Below, one piece after another: positions 41,512 to 52,196 of a stretch of 64,000 bases of DNA. The stretch is from a bacterium. GTDB taxonomy: Bacteria; UBA8248. The translations under genes were made by a program, and so were the position numbers. The stretch lies in assembly GCA_965219955.1 (NCBI GenBank), contig OZ244799.1, positions 2,304,001 through 2,368,000 on the forward strand. The letters run 5' to 3'. Every line of letters starts with the position of its first letter. The first letter of the stretch is position 1. The notes beneath the pieces were generated by a model. It was given only the letters and a program-made list of their open reading frames with translations, did not search any database and was not told the DNA's origin.

Positions 41512-43572
41512 ATGCAAGGCATTTCAAGAAGACCCGGGAAATTCTCCATCCGACTCAAACGAAGCCTGTTCGTTTTATCGCTTGCAACACTCTTCCTGAT
41601 GGGCGGGACTTGCCTTGTCGTCGCGCAAAGCGCAACGTCGCCGGAGGAAGAGCTTTATCTCGACCCCATCACCGTCACGGCTACGCGCACACCCGAGCGG
41701 CTCAGCGACGTGGCCGATTCGGTCGAAGTGTTCGGCCCGGAGCGGATCGAGAGCCTCTTGCCCGGCGACGCGCTCGATTTCCTGAGCGAAGGGGCCGGCG
41801 TCATCCTCCCGCAGGCGAGCGGCAGGGGCGGGCAGGCGAGCCTCTTCCTGAGGGGGAGCGAGAGCAACTTCACCAGCGTGATGATCGACGGCTTCAAGCT
41901 CACCTTCCCGGACGGGAGCGCGTATGACTTCGGGCACCTCTCACCCGAGTGGGTGGGCACAGCCGAAATCCTCAAGGGTCCCCAAAGCCCGCTTTACGGC
42001 TCGGACGCGGCTTCGGGCGTCATGAATTTTATTCCGGACATCGGCAAGCCGGGCGAATCGCCGAGCTTCACGGTCGGCGCGAGAGGCGGCAGCGACGAGA
42101 CGTTCGAGGAAGCCTTCAAGCTCAAGGGCGGGACGGCCAGAAGCGGGTACGCCGCCAGTTTGAGCCGCCTCGACACGGAGGGACATCTTCCCAACGACGG
42201 CTACTACCGCACTGTCGGGACGGTGGCGCTTGATCATTTCTTCTCGGAGGAGGCGAAGCTGCGCTTTCTCTACCACGCCAACCAGAACCGCTACGACATC
42301 CCCGGACCGGCCCATGCGGGCTTCAGAGAACCCAACAAGTACGGGCGAAACACCGAACAGCTCATCGGCGCGCGCGCCCATCTGAAACCTTTCCCGTGGC
42401 TCGAATACATACCGCGCGTCTCCTTGTACCTGAGAGACACGCTGTTCGAGAACAAGGCGGACGCGATCAGCCCCGGCTCCGATAAAACGGATACGAGCGG
42501 AACGAGGCTTCACCTCGACAACCAGGTCAACGTGAGGTTATCGGGGAAACAACTCGGCCTGAGCGCCCTTCGCCGCTCCATATCCACGCTCGGCGTCGAA
42601 TGGGAGACGGAGGACATCTCCATCAAGAGCGCCTATGAGAACGACTTCGGCTCCGGCGAAAACGAGTACGACAGCGACAGGCGGGCGACTTCTGTTTACG
42701 CGCAGCAGCAGTTTCAGCTCCGAGGAGGCCTCACTCTTGCGGGCGGGGTGCGGGCCGATAATTTCGACGTCGGCGAAGACGAGACGACCGGCAAACTCTC
42801 CGCTTCCTATAAAATTCCCGGAACAGGCGCCCGGATTCGCGGCGCCGTGGGCGAGGGAATCAAGCGGCCCTCCTTCGCCGAACTGCTCGACGTCTACGGC
42901 CCCGGCAACCCGAATCTGAAAAGCGAACGTCAGAAAAGCTGGGAGGCGGGCATCGATCAGTTTTTCGCGAACAACAAGCTCAAGTTCAGCGCCACGTATT
43001 ACGTGAACGAAATCGACGACCTGATCGCCTATTCCTTCGAGCCCTTCGCCAACGGAACGAACTACGAGAACATCCAGAAGGCGCGGGTCAAGGGTGCGGA
43101 ACTCTCCTTGTCCTTGCTCGATTTTCACGACTTCTCGGCCCATGCGAGTTTCAACACCATGGACACCGTCGCGCTCGAAACCGAAGGCCTCGGCGCGCCG
43201 AACTACGTGGAGGGAAAAGCGCTCCTGAGGCGCCCGGACTGGTGGTGGAGCGCCTCGGTCAGCTATCACCCGGACCGCCTGAGGGCGAGTTTAAGAATCA
43301 ACTCGGTGAGCGATCGTTGGGACATCGACGACTCCCGGCCCTGGCCATATCCCAGGGTGGTGAACCCCGGCTTCACGCGGGTGGACTTAGGCCTTTCTCT
43401 AGACGTCGTGAAGGATCGCATCTCGATGTTCGACAAGACGAGGAAATCGAAGGTGAAAGATTTGACGGTGGAGTTGAAAGTCAACAACGCCTTGGATAAG
43501 GAATACGACGCCGTATATGGCTACACCGCGCCCGGAGTACAGTGGTTCGCGGGCGTTAGGGCGGTCTTCTAG
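41512..43572 (+). CDS. btuB: TonB-dependent receptor, probable cobalamin transporter
   Basis: ITVTATR TonB box/plug, EILKGPQSPLYGSDA, C-terminal Phe; directly downstream of B12 riboswitches. Confidence 0.88.
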   Translation: MQGISRRPGKFSIRLKRSLFVLSLATLFLMGGTCLVVAQSATSPEEELYLDPITVTATRTPERLSDVADSVEVFGPERIESLLPGDALDFLSEGAGVILPQASGRGGQASLFLRGSESNFTSVMIDGFKLTFPDGSAYDFGHLSPEWVGTAEILKGPQSPLYGSDAASGVMNFIPDIGKPGESPSFTVGARGGSDETFEEAFKLKGGTARSGYAASLSRLDTEGHLPNDGYYRTVGTVALDHFFSEEAKLRFLYHANQNRYDIPGPAHAGFREPNKYGRNTEQLIGARAHLKPFPWLEYIPRVSLYLRDTLFENKADAISPGSDKTDTSGTRLHLDNQVNVRLSGKQLGLSALRRSISTLGVEWETEDISIKSAYENDFGSGENEYDSDRRATSVYAQQQFQLRGGLTLAGGVRADNFDVGEDETTGKLSASYKIPGTGARIRGAVGEGIKRPSFAELLDVYGPGNPNLKSERQKSWEAGIDQFFANNKLKFSATYYVNEIDDLIAYSFEPFANGTNYENIQKARVKGAELSLSLLDFHDFSAHASFNTMDTVALETEGLGAPNYVEGKALLRRPDWWWSASVSYHPDRLRASLRINSVSDRWDIDDSRPWPYPRVVNPGFTRVDLGLSLDVVKDRISMFDKTRKSKVKDLTVELKVNNALDKEYDAVYGYTAPGVQWFAGVRAVF

Positions 43573-43985
43573 GGGTTGTTGGAAAAGGCCTTGTGGGTCT
43601 TGCTCGACCAAGGAGAAGAAAAACACTCCCCTCTTGAGGGGGTTGATGAAAAATCTGGAACACTGGATTTGTCGTATGTAACCGACCGAGGAGAGAGAAA
43701 AATCACTCCCCCCTTGAGGGGGAGTCGAAGAGCTAAGGGCGTAAGCCCGCAAGCGATTCGGTGGGGGGTATAATCCGGAATGGCGATAAAATGCATTTTA
43801 CCCCCCACCGCATCAGCCTTCGCAAAAAACGCTCGGCTTCTGCGACTCCCCCTCAAGGGGGGAGTGATTTTGGTGTTCTCATCTGTGTAAAGCGACTTCG
43901 TAGGGATCGTGTGCAGGGTTTTTCAACAAACCCTTGACAGGGGGCTAGAAGCGATGCCCCTGACGAGGATTATTCAACAGCCCCC
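43572..43985. repeat. MITE-like element containing CACTCCCCCTTGAGGGGGAGT / CCCTCAAGGGGGAGTGA repeats
   Basis: GGGGTTGTTGGAAAA ... TTTTTCAACAAACCC ends; inner module recurs at 53300, 54160 and 61560. Confidence 0.75.
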
Positions 43986-44015
43986 CGAAACGGGGCTTTG
44001 CGCAAAGGACGCGGG

Positions 44016-44876
44016 ATGCTCGGCAAGCTCAAAATCTACTTCCTGGCGGCGGCTCTTTTATGGGCTGCGGTCTCCTCTATGCCGGAGGGGCCCGCACCCG
44101 CCCGCGCCGCCAGGAAGCCCGAGCGCCTGATCGCCATGACGCTCGCCACCGCCGAGATGCTCCTCGCCCTCGCGCCCAGGGAAAGAATCGTCGGTCTGCA
44201 CAAGCTGGCCGGACACCCGGGCTATTCGAACGTCGCCGATCAGGTGGGGAGCATCCCGCTCATCGACAGCACGCCCGAGCGCATCATCAGCTCAAGGCCC
44301 GACCTGGTGTTCGTCGCCTCGTATTCGAGCGCCGCGTTCCTGAACCACCTGCGCGCCGCCAAGGTGCCCGTCTCCAGATTCTCCGCCTTCAGCGGTGTTG
44401 CGGACGTTTTCGCGAGCATCGAGAAGATGGGCCGCCTGATCGGAGCAGAAGACAAGGCGCAGAAACTCATTAAAGATGCACGAGAAAGAATCCGCGCCAT
44501 ACGTGCGCGCATTCCGCCCGATGCGAAGCCCCCGCGCATCCTCACTCTCGTGCGGGGCGGCTGGGTGACGGGCGGCGGCACCTCGCACGACGCGCTCATA
44601 CGCCTGGCGGGCGGCGTGAACGTAGCCACCGAACACGGAATCCGGGGAGCGCGGAGGGTGTCGGCTGAGCGGATCATCGCCTGGAACCCGGACGTCATCA
44701 TGGTGGGGGCGCACCCCGAATCGGGCGCGAGCATGAAAGACTTCATCCGCGCAAACGGGGTCTACGCCCCCTTGCGGGTCAAGAAAATCGTCGAGATCCC
44801 CTACCCCCGCTTCTCGAGCGTATCCCAATACATCGCAGGTGCACTCGATGACCTGGTGAGGGGGCTGTACCGGTGA
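44016..44876 (+). CDS. btuF: ABC substrate-binding protein (BtuF-like)
   Basis: PERLIAM..ATAEML, ERIISSRPDLV, LAGGVN, ERIIAWNPDVI; operon context. Confidence 0.8.
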   Translation: MLGKLKIYFLAAALLWAAVSSMPEGPAPARAARKPERLIAMTLATAEMLLALAPRERIVGLHKLAGHPGYSNVADQVGSIPLIDSTPERIISSRPDLVFVASYSSAAFLNHLRAAKVPVSRFSAFSGVADVFASIEKMGRLIGAEDKAQKLIKDARERIRAIRARIPPDAKPPRILTLVRGGWVTGGGTSHDALIRLAGGVNVATEHGIRGARRVSAERIIAWNPDVIMVGAHPESGASMKDFIRANGVYAPLRVKKIVEIPYPRFSSVSQYIAGALDDLVRGLYR

Positions 44877-45904
44877 GGAATTACGCCCTCACGGCCGTGC
44901 TCATAGCCCTCGCCGTGCTCCTCGCCGCTCTCAGCGTCCGGCTGGGCGTGGCGGACATCGGCGCAGAGAAAATTCTCCATGTCATCCTGAGCGAACTGGG
45001 GCTCATCGCAGGCGAGGCGGGCGTCTCCGCGCACGAGCGCGCCATCGTCTGGCACATCCGCCTCCCACGGACATTGACGGGCGCTTTCGTCGGGGCGTCG
45101 CTCGCGCTTTCCGGCGTGATGTTGCAGGGCCTTTTCAGAAACCCGATGGCGAGCCCCGTCGTCGTAGGTGCCAGCACGGGAGGCGCGCTGGGCGCGACGA
45201 GCGCCATCGCCTTTGGCCTGGGCGCCGCCTCGATCTGGGCCGTTCCCCTGAGCGCCTTCGGCGGGGCGCTGCTGACGGTGTTCCTCGTCTCCCTGGTGGC
45301 GTCGCATAAGGGGCACACGCCGCTGGGCGCGCTCATCCTCTGCGGTATGGCGGTGAACGCCATTGCGGGCGCGCTGACGACGCTCGTGCTCAGCTACAGC
45401 GTGAGCGATTTCGAGATCGCGCGCCAGATTCTCTTCTGGCTCATGGGGAGCCTCACGAACCGCACCTGGGAGCACGTGATCCTCGTGGCACCCTTTTTCG
45501 TAGCCTCCGCAATCGCCGCCGCTTTTTTCGGGCGTGAGCTGAACCTCATGATGTCAGGAGAAGAATCCGCCATGGCGCTCGGCGTGAACACGGCGCGGAC
45601 GAAGGCGTGGATACTCGTCATCGCCGCCGCGGCGGCAGGGGCGTCGGTCGCCGTGGCGGGCGTGGTCGGCTTCGTGGGCCTGCTCGTCCCCCACATCGTG
45701 CGGATGCTGGCCGGGCCGGACCACCGGAGGCTTCTCCCCATGAGCATGATCGCGGGCGCGGTCTTCGTGATGGGGATGGACCTGCTCGCGCGGACGCTCT
45801 CGCCAGCCGGCGAGATACGCCTGGGCGTTCTGTCCGCGGGCATCGGCGGGCCGTTCTTCCTGTATCTCATCGTCAGGAATCGCGCGCGCGCGGAGATGTT
45901 CTGA
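44873..45904 (+). CDS. btuC: FecCD/BtuC family permease
   Basis: IRLPR, QGLFRNPMASP, FWLMGSL, GVVGFVGLLVPH, GGPFFLYL. Confidence 0.85.
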   Translation: MRNYALTAVLIALAVLLAALSVRLGVADIGAEKILHVILSELGLIAGEAGVSAHERAIVWHIRLPRTLTGAFVGASLALSGVMLQGLFRNPMASPVVVGASTGGALGATSAIAFGLGAASIWAVPLSAFGGALLTVFLVSLVASHKGHTPLGALILCGMAVNAIAGALTTLVLSYSVSDFEIARQILFWLMGSLTNRTWEHVILVAPFFVASAIAAAFFGRELNLMMSGEESAMALGVNTARTKAWILVIAAAAAGASVAVAGVVGFVGLLVPHIVRMLAGPDHRRLLPMSMIAGAVFVMGMDLLARTLSPAGEIRLGVLSAGIGGPFFLYLIVRNRARAEMF

Positions 45905-46689
45905 TGCGGCTCAAAATGGAGAACGCACGGGTCGAACTCGGCGAGCGGGACGTCCTCAAGGGCGTCTCGGCTTCCTTTCAGTCGGGCGCGCTCACGGGCG
46001 TCATCGGCCCCAACGGAGCGGGCAAGACGACGCTCCTGCGCGCGCTCGCGGGCCTGCTGCCCGCAAAGACGGGGAACATCTCGCTGGACGGCGAACCCAT
46101 CGAATCGTTCGACAGGAAAGAGACCGCCCGCCGCGTGGGCTATCTCGCCCAGAAACAGGAAATCGCGTTTCCCTTCCGCGTCGACGAGACGGTGATGATG
46201 GGCAGATACCCCCATCAGGGCAGGCTCTCGCCCGAGACCGAGGCCGACCGCGAAGCGGTGGACGCGTCCCTTCGCGACGTGGACGCGGCAGACCTTAGCC
46301 GTCGCGCGATCAACGAACTCTCGGGCGGAGAGCTTCAGCGCGTCCTGATCGCCAGAACGCTCGCCGCGCAAACGCCCGTCCTGCTGCTCGATGAGCCTTT
46401 TGCGAATCTGGACGTCAGGCATTGCCTCGACATTCTGGCGATACTGCGCGCACAGGCCCGGGAGGGGCGCACCGTGGTCGTCTCGGTGCATGATCTGAAC
46501 CTCGCGCACCGCTTCTGCGACCACCTGCTCCTGCTCCACCAGGGAGAAATCCTCATCTCCGGGAACCCGCGAAGCGTCCTCAAGCCCGAATTCATCGAAC
46601 AGGCGTTCGAGGTGCGCGCGCAGATACTGTCGGTGAACGGCGGGGAGGAGCGGCATTTCATCATGCGCGTCCTGGAGGAGGGAGAATGA
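45904..46689 (+). CDS. ABC ATP-binding subunit (FecE/BtuD-like)
   Basis: GPNGAGKTT, LSGGELQR, LLLDEP, VHDLNLA; TGATG coupling to the permease. Confidence 0.92.
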   Translation: MRLKMENARVELGERDVLKGVSASFQSGALTGVIGPNGAGKTTLLRALAGLLPAKTGNISLDGEPIESFDRKETARRVGYLAQKQEIAFPFRVDETVMMGRYPHQGRLSPETEADREAVDASLRDVDAADLSRRAINELSGGELQRVLIARTLAAQTPVLLLDEPFANLDVRHCLDILAILRAQAREGRTVVVSVHDLNLAHRFCDHLLLLHQGEILISGNPRSVLKPEFIEQAFEVRAQILSVNGGEERHFIMRVLEEGE

Positions 46690-47123
46690 GAACAGCCTTT
46701 GCCCTCATCGCGCTCGCGTTCTTCTTTCTCTTCATGCCGAAGCCGCTACCCGCGCAGGAGATCAAGACGTCCGTGAGTGAGCCTACCGAGGCGCCCTCTT
46801 TCACCTTTTTCACCTTCCGGAAACGCCGCGTGCGGATGGATGCGGACGCGCGGCTCCAGGCGATTCTCAATCGCATCAGGCGCCACCAGCATTATCCTGC
46901 GCTCGCGCGCGAATCAGGCGCCGAAGGCGCGGCCACCGTGAGTTTCCGGGTTCTGCCCGACGGGCGGCTTCGGAATTTAAGGATCAAGAAGACATCCGGC
47001 AATGCATTTCTCGATGACGCCTCCCTGGAGGCGGTTCGAAAAGCGGCTCCCCTCCCCTGGCTGGATAAGACACTCGTGCTCACCATACGCTATACTCTGT
47101 TGCGAACGACCGATTCGCCTTGA
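46686..47123 (+). CDS. Short TonB C-terminal domain protein
   Basis: N-terminal TM segment, YPALARESGAEG, SG..FLDDASLEAV. Confidence 0.82.
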   Translation: MRTAFALIALAFFFLFMPKPLPAQEIKTSVSEPTEAPSFTFFTFRKRRVRMDADARLQAILNRIRRHQHYPALARESGAEGAATVSFRVLPDGRLRNLRIKKTSGNAFLDDASLEAVRKAAPLPWLDKTLVLTIRYTLLRTTDSP

Positions 47124-47180
47124 ACCTATTGGCTCGGGTTCCACTGAGGCGGGCGGCGAGGTTCCCAACGGGGTAGCGGC

Positions 47181-47756
47181 ATGAAAACGGATGTGCTGTA
47201 CCGGGAAGAAACAGGCGCGGACGGGAGTACGCAGTGCGTCTGGGAGTTCCGGCCCGGTCGCGAATTCCTGGAAACCCTGCTGCGCGACCTGTTCGAGAAC
47301 CATTACGAATCACTCACTTTCGGCCCCAGCATCCAGGGGGCCGTGTTCGAATGCCGCGTGAAATCCCCGCCCCGCCGGATCAGCTTCCTGGACGGCTACC
47401 TCACCGTCGATCTCGGCGACTGGCACTTCCACCTGTGCATCGGCAAGCACAGGGGCGACGCGCAGCACCCCTGTCCGCCCGAACTGGCGCGGTGGCGCAG
47501 GTGCGCGCGGGTGATGCTCCTTCGCATCTACCAGAATCCCCCCATCGCGGGCCACGCGCCGGTGAGCTATTCGATGGCGCTGCTGAACGGGCGCAACGAG
47601 CAGATGGTGACCTTCTACCTCCCCAACCCCTATTTCGACGAGCACTACCGGGTCCTCGAAACCGCCGACTGGGGAAAACTCGCCCTGTGGAACCACATAC
47701 GGACAAGCTATCTCGGGCTGGAGGCGGACCCGGGGCCTTTCGCGGACTTAAGGTAA
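47181..47756 (+). CDS. Conserved hypothetical protein at the end of the B12 uptake operon
   Basis: Host-like codon usage; FGPSIQGAVFE, DGYLTV, WHFHLCIG, FYLPNPY. Confidence 0.75.
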   Translation: MKTDVLYREETGADGSTQCVWEFRPGREFLETLLRDLFENHYESLTFGPSIQGAVFECRVKSPPRRISFLDGYLTVDLGDWHFHLCIGKHRGDAQHPCPPELARWRRCARVMLLRIYQNPPIAGHAPVSYSMALLNGRNEQMVTFYLPNPYFDEHYRVLETADWGKLALWNHIRTSYLGLEADPGPFADLR

Positions 47757-47783
47757 AAGACAACAGACAGCAAGGAGAACGCG

Positions 47784-48713
47784 GTGAAAGCGGTTCTGAT
47801 GCACGGCTACGGCGGTCCCGAAGTGCTCGAATACGCGGATGCGCCGGACCCAAAGGCTGCGCCGGGAGAAATCGTGGTCGAGGTGCACGCGGCAAGCCTG
47901 AACCCGGCCGACTGGAAGGTGCGGGAAGGACTACGGAAAAACGACGTGAAGGCGCGGTTCCCGCACATTCCGGGGAGGGATTTCTCGGGCGTCGTGCGCG
48001 AGACGGGAGACGGCGCTTCGGACTTTCAGGCCGGAGACCCGGTATTCGCCGTTAACGAACAAGGCCGCGAGGGAGCCTACGCGGAGGCCATCGCCATACC
48101 GGAGGCGCTTGCGGCGCGAAAGCCGGATTTCCTCTCCCACGCTGAAGCCTCCGCCCTCGCCATGACGGGCCTGACGACCTTGAGGGCCCTCAAGGACGAA
48201 GCGAAGCTCAAAACCGGTGAAACCATCCTGATCCACGCGGGCGCGGGAGGCGTGGGCGGCTTTGCGGTGCAATATGCGAGGCACGTGGGCGCTACGGTCC
48301 ACGCCACGGCGAGCGAGACGAACCATGAATACGTGAAAAGCCTCGGGGCTGATTTCGCCATCGATTACAAGAAGGTGGACTTCGCCGAAGCCGCCCCTCC
48401 CTGCGACGTGGTGTTCGACACCATCGGCGGCGAGGTGCACGCGCGCAGTTTCGCCCTCCTCAAGCCGGGAGGGCGGCTCGTGCACATCGCCGCGGGGCCG
48501 CCGGGGTTCAGCCCCCCGAGGGGGGACGTGCGCGTCATCCGCCCGGACGTGCGAAGAGACCGCGCACATCTCACGAGAATCCTCGAACTCGCCGAATCGG
48601 GCGCGGTGCGTCCCCCTCATATCCAGGAGATGCCGCTGGCAGACGCGGCGGCGGCGCAAGAGATCAGCAAGACCGGCCACGTGCGCGGGAAGATCATCCT
48701 GAGGGTGCGGTAG
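47784..48713 (+). CDS. NADP-dependent MDR / quinone oxidoreductase family
   Basis: YGGPEVL, NPADWK, GRDFSG, HAGAGGVG, GHVRGKI. Confidence 0.92.
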   Translation: MKAVLMHGYGGPEVLEYADAPDPKAAPGEIVVEVHAASLNPADWKVREGLRKNDVKARFPHIPGRDFSGVVRETGDGASDFQAGDPVFAVNEQGREGAYAEAIAIPEALAARKPDFLSHAEASALAMTGLTTLRALKDEAKLKTGETILIHAGAGGVGGFAVQYARHVGATVHATASETNHEYVKSLGADFAIDYKKVDFAEAAPPCDVVFDTIGGEVHARSFALLKPGGRLVHIAAGPPGFSPPRGDVRVIRPDVRRDRAHLTRILELAESGAVRPPHIQEMPLADAAAAQEISKTGHVRGKIILRVR

Positions 48714-48714
48714 C

Positions 48715-50421
48715 CTACAAAGCCTCCGCGACGGCGCTGGCCGCGTCGAGTCCGGCGACCACGCGGTTCTTCTCGCGCACCACCCGCGTGTAGATGACCC
48801 TGCCCGCGTCGCTCCCGGGCCCCCGCCCGGCGTAGTGGGCGATGCACTGAAGCCCCGGCATCCGGAACGCGCCGCTCGCCGGGTCGTGGTCGAACGGCCC
48901 CGCCAGCGTGTAGAGCACAGGGTTGACGGCGTGGCTCATCTCGAGGAGAGCGCGGTTGGCGCGGGCGGCGTCGACGCTTTCCAGCTTCGCGTTCAGCGAC
49001 TCGCACGCCCTGGCGAAGCGCGCCCCCGCTTCTCTAAGATCGCCCAGGTCCACGGCTTCGCCTCCCGATTCCGAGAGTCTGTCGATTTCTTCATTCACGA
49101 CGGCGGCCGTTGCGGCCGGGTTGAGCGGCACCCGCTCGAGCGCGCAAAGCTCGTGCAGCGCCGCCGCGTAGAGGCGGCAGTGCTCGGCGAGGAGGTCCTT
49201 GTCCATCTTGTCGAGCGTGTCGGCGGGGTGGTGCCAGTATTCGGGAAAACCGTCGCCGGGGTGATCCTTTCTCAAATCGGGGTGGCCGGGCGGGAGGACG
49301 GGCAGGAAGGAGAACGAGGGGACGCCCACCCCCCACAGCGACTGGTCGGCCATCTTGCGGGGGTGATCGGGCTCGGTGCGCTGCCCGCCGATGCGCGCGA
49401 CGGCGTCCCGCACCCAGTCGCGCACGTCCGCCGTGCAGAAGGGCCGGTAGAGCGTGGCGCCGATGCAGCCGGGCTGGTCGATGTTGAGATAGGCGACGCA
49501 GTTCCGGCGCAGCTCGCCGAACATGTGGTCCGCATACCAGGTGGAGCCCGAGAAGCGCCCGTGCGAGTGCCCGTTCCACCACGCGACCTTGAGACCGCGC
49601 GTGAGCTCACCCCGCCTCCCGTGGGCGACGCGCGCGAGCTCCATGAGCGTCGCGTCGCCCGCCGCGTTGTCGTTCGCCCCGATGTGCCAGGAGTCGATGT
49701 GCCCGCCGACGAGGACGTAATCATCGGCCCCGCTCCCGGGCGCGATGGTGGCGACCGGCATGAGCGTCTCCCGCCAGGCGGTGTCCATCTTCACGTGAAC
49801 GAGGAGCTCGACCTCCTCTTTCCTGTTCAACCGCTCGATGAGGCCCGCCCCCTGCTCTCGCGAGAGCGTGACGACGGGCGTCCCCGGCAGCCGCGCGATG
49901 CTCTCGGGCGTCGGCGCGCCCCAGATGGTGGAGACGGTAAGTTCGTGCGCGTTGCCCTTGTTGACGTAGACCTGCGCAATGGCGCCTCTTTGCTCGAAAT
50001 AATAAAACCGCGCGGGGCTCACCATCCCCTCGGCCACGACCACGCGCCCCGCGACGGGCGGCTCCCCGGTTGCGCCCGCATAGAGAGGATCGGTAAACGG
50101 CGTCGCGGGCGGGCCGGCCTCTCCGACATGGACCGCCTGCCCGCGCACGCCCGCAGCACCCGTCGAGGCGCCGAACACCGCGCTGATGGCGCGAATCGTC
50201 CCGCCGCCTTCTCCAGGCACCCCGAGCGTCGTCTCGCCCGGTATGCTGATGAGCGATTCGAACGCATGGACCTCGACGTCTATCCCCAGCGCCGACAGCT
50301 CCGCCTCGACGTAGCGCACCGCCGCGTTCTCGCCCTCGGTGCCGGTGTAGCGCTCCCAGCGGCAGAGGTCCCCTAAATTTTTCCACAGAGAATCGGCGTC
50401 TACGGATTCGCGAACGGACAT
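48715..50421 (-). CDS. M28 family peptidase/hydrolase with PA domain
   Basis: GGHIDSW, GANDNAAG, WWNGHSHG, YLNID, WHHPADT. Confidence 0.85.
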   Translation of the reverse strand: MSVRESVDADSLWKNLGDLCRWERYTGTEGENAAVRYVEAELSALGIDVEVHAFESLISIPGETTLGVPGEGGGTIRAISAVFGASTGAAGVRGQAVHVGEAGPPATPFTDPLYAGATGEPPVAGRVVVAEGMVSPARFYYFEQRGAIAQVYVNKGNAHELTVSTIWGAPTPESIARLPGTPVVTLSREQGAGLIERLNRKEEVELLVHVKMDTAWRETLMPVATIAPGSGADDYVLVGGHIDSWHIGANDNAAGDATLMELARVAHGRRGELTRGLKVAWWNGHSHGRFSGSTWYADHMFGELRRNCVAYLNIDQPGCIGATLYRPFCTADVRDWVRDAVARIGGQRTEPDHPRKMADQSLWGVGVPSFSFLPVLPPGHPDLRKDHPGDGFPEYWHHPADTLDKMDKDLLAEHCRLYAAALHELCALERVPLNPAATAAVVNEEIDRLSESGGEAVDLGDLREAGARFARACESLNAKLESVDAARANRALLEMSHAVNPVLYTLAGPFDHDPASGAFRMPGLQCIAHYAGRGPGSDAGRVIYTRVVREKNRVVAGLDAASAVAEAL

Positions 50422-50559
50422 GTCGTCTCCTTCGTGAGGTATATAAAGAGGTGGTGGCCGCCCATTCTAGTACACCGCCCGCGGAATGCCGAGCGCGCCC
50501 GCGCGTTGCGGGCAACGCCGCTTCGGGAGAGAATCCCCGAAACGGATTCCCGCCCATCC

Positions 50560-50905
50560 GGGGTTGTTGAAGAAGCTGGTTGCGGCAGTGGGCTTCGCAG
50601 AAGCCCTGACACCCTCATCCTGAGTAGGCGCGTGAGCGCCGTATCGAAGGATGGGCGGCGTCTCCCGGCGTGCGAGAGCAATCGCTTCCGCATTGGGCGC
50701 GATTGACCTTCGATACGCCGCCTTCGGCGGCTACTCAGGATGAGGAAGGTGTGGGCGGAGCTTGTCCCGAGCGAAGTCGAGGGGCGGCTACTCAGGATGA
50801 GGAAGGTGTGGGCGCGATGGTTTTTGTAGGGACAGGCCTCCGTGCCTGTCCTGACGAAGGACAACCACAGAGGGCAGGACAGGCACGGAGGCCTGTCCCT
50901 ACGGT
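50560..50905. repeat. Composite palindromic repeat cluster
   Basis: GGGGTTGTTGAA end, CTCATCCTGAGTAG family, duplicated CTACTCAGGATGAGGAAGGTGTGGGCG, GTAGGGACAGGC REP doublet. Confidence 0.75.
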
Positions 50906-50985
50906 GAACAATTCGATGCTCGGGATTCCCTACATCCCCAGGGACGGCTTTCCCGACAAACCCCCATCCAGGGGAGCGACCACTC

Positions 50986-51375
50986 ATGTGGCGGAAGATA
51001 TCCAGGCCGTTTTTCCTGACGCTGGGCTGCGTCTGCCTGGGCCTGGGCTTCATCGGCCTGCTGCTGCCCGTCCTGCCGACGACGCCCTTCATCCTCCTGG
51101 CGGCGTTCGCCTTCTCGAAGAGTTCGGAGCGCCTCCACGCGTGGCTGCTCGGCCACAGGCTCTACGGGCCGCTCATCACGAACTGGCAGCGCCACGGCGT
51201 CATCCGCCCCCGGGCCAAGTGGACGTCCGTCTCGCTCATCGTCCTCCTCGCGGGGCCTTCGATCTACCTCCTGGGCGCGCCGGGGTACGCGAAGGCCGCC
51301 CTCGCCGCCGTCTGCGCGTGCGTGGTCTGCTTCATCGTGACGCGGCCGGGGGAGATACCGGGGGACGGGGAGTGA
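50986..51375 (+). CDS. ybaN: YbaN / DUF454 family membrane protein
   Basis: LPVLPTTPFILLAAFAFSKSS.RLH.WL. Confidence 0.88.
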   Translation: MWRKISRPFFLTLGCVCLGLGFIGLLLPVLPTTPFILLAAFAFSKSSERLHAWLLGHRLYGPLITNWQRHGVIRPRAKWTSVSLIVLLAGPSIYLLGAPGYAKAALAAVCACVVCFIVTRPGEIPGDGE

Positions 51376-51522
51376 TCCCAAAAATCGAACATAGGTACCG
51401 TAGGGACAGGCCTCTGTGCCTGTCCGAAAAAGGACAACCACGGAGGGTTGTCCCTACGGCCATCATCATCAGGCGTCCATGTATATCATCATCCACCACC
51501 ACCTTATATAAAGGAGAAACCC

Positions 51523-51912
51523 ATGAACGAGGAGCGCTACGAGCGGGGGCTCGCCGTCCGGAAATCACTCGGCATCTACGGGGAGGACGGCCTCGCGGGC
51601 ACGTTCACCGAGATGAACGAGCTCGCGCCGACGCACACCCGCGCCATCGTGGAGTACGTCTTCGGCACCTGCTGGAGCCAGCCCCTGCTCGACAACAGGA
51701 CGCGCGAGATGATGATCGTCGCGGCGGCGGCGGGGCAGGACCTCTCCGGCGAGGTGGAGATTCACTCGCGCGGCCTGCTGAACCAGGGCCTGAGCCCCGA
51801 GGAACTCATCGAGGGCATCGTCTCGCTCTGCCCCTACATCGGTTTTCCGAAAACGAACCACGCCCTCGCCGCGGCGAAGAGCGCGATTGAGAAAAACGCG
51901 GCGGGGGAGTAG
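51523..51912 (+). CDS. Carboxymuconolactone decarboxylase family protein
   Basis: RYERGL, FGTCWSQP.LD.RTR, H...L..G, YIGFP; SD AAGGAG. Confidence 0.85.
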   Translation: MNEERYERGLAVRKSLGIYGEDGLAGTFTEMNELAPTHTRAIVEYVFGTCWSQPLLDNRTREMMIVAAAAGQDLSGEVEIHSRGLLNQGLSPEELIEGIVSLCPYIGFPKTNHALAAAKSAIEKNAAGE

Positions 51913-52095
51913 GGACAGGCCTCCGTGCCTGTCCCATGTCGTGGTGAATATGATCGATATAATCGACGGGGGGCGTGACGTAGGGGCGGTTCGCGAACCG
52001 CCCCTACAAAACCATCGCGAAACGAAACGTAGGGACAACCCTCCGTGGTTGTCCTTTGTCAGGGTTTCGGACAGGCACGGAGGCCTGTCCCTACG
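51910..52095. repeat. GTAG-type REP cluster
   Basis: Near-identical block recurs at 63551-63665; related doublet at 51400-51457. Confidence 0.78.
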
Positions 52096-52196
52096 GCCAC
52101 ACGACGCCCGAACGACGATCCAAAACAACCCCCGCCGTGGTAGGCTGAACCCATCGGCGGCCAAGAAAAATCAAACCACCCACCCGGAGACCCCCC

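Noticed and set aside
40691-41599. Short ORFs between and over the riboswitches
   Set aside because: Translations of palindromic repeats or aptamer sequence; the same pseudo-peptides (LILSRRASAVSKD, WIPAFAGMT) recur wherever the repeats occur
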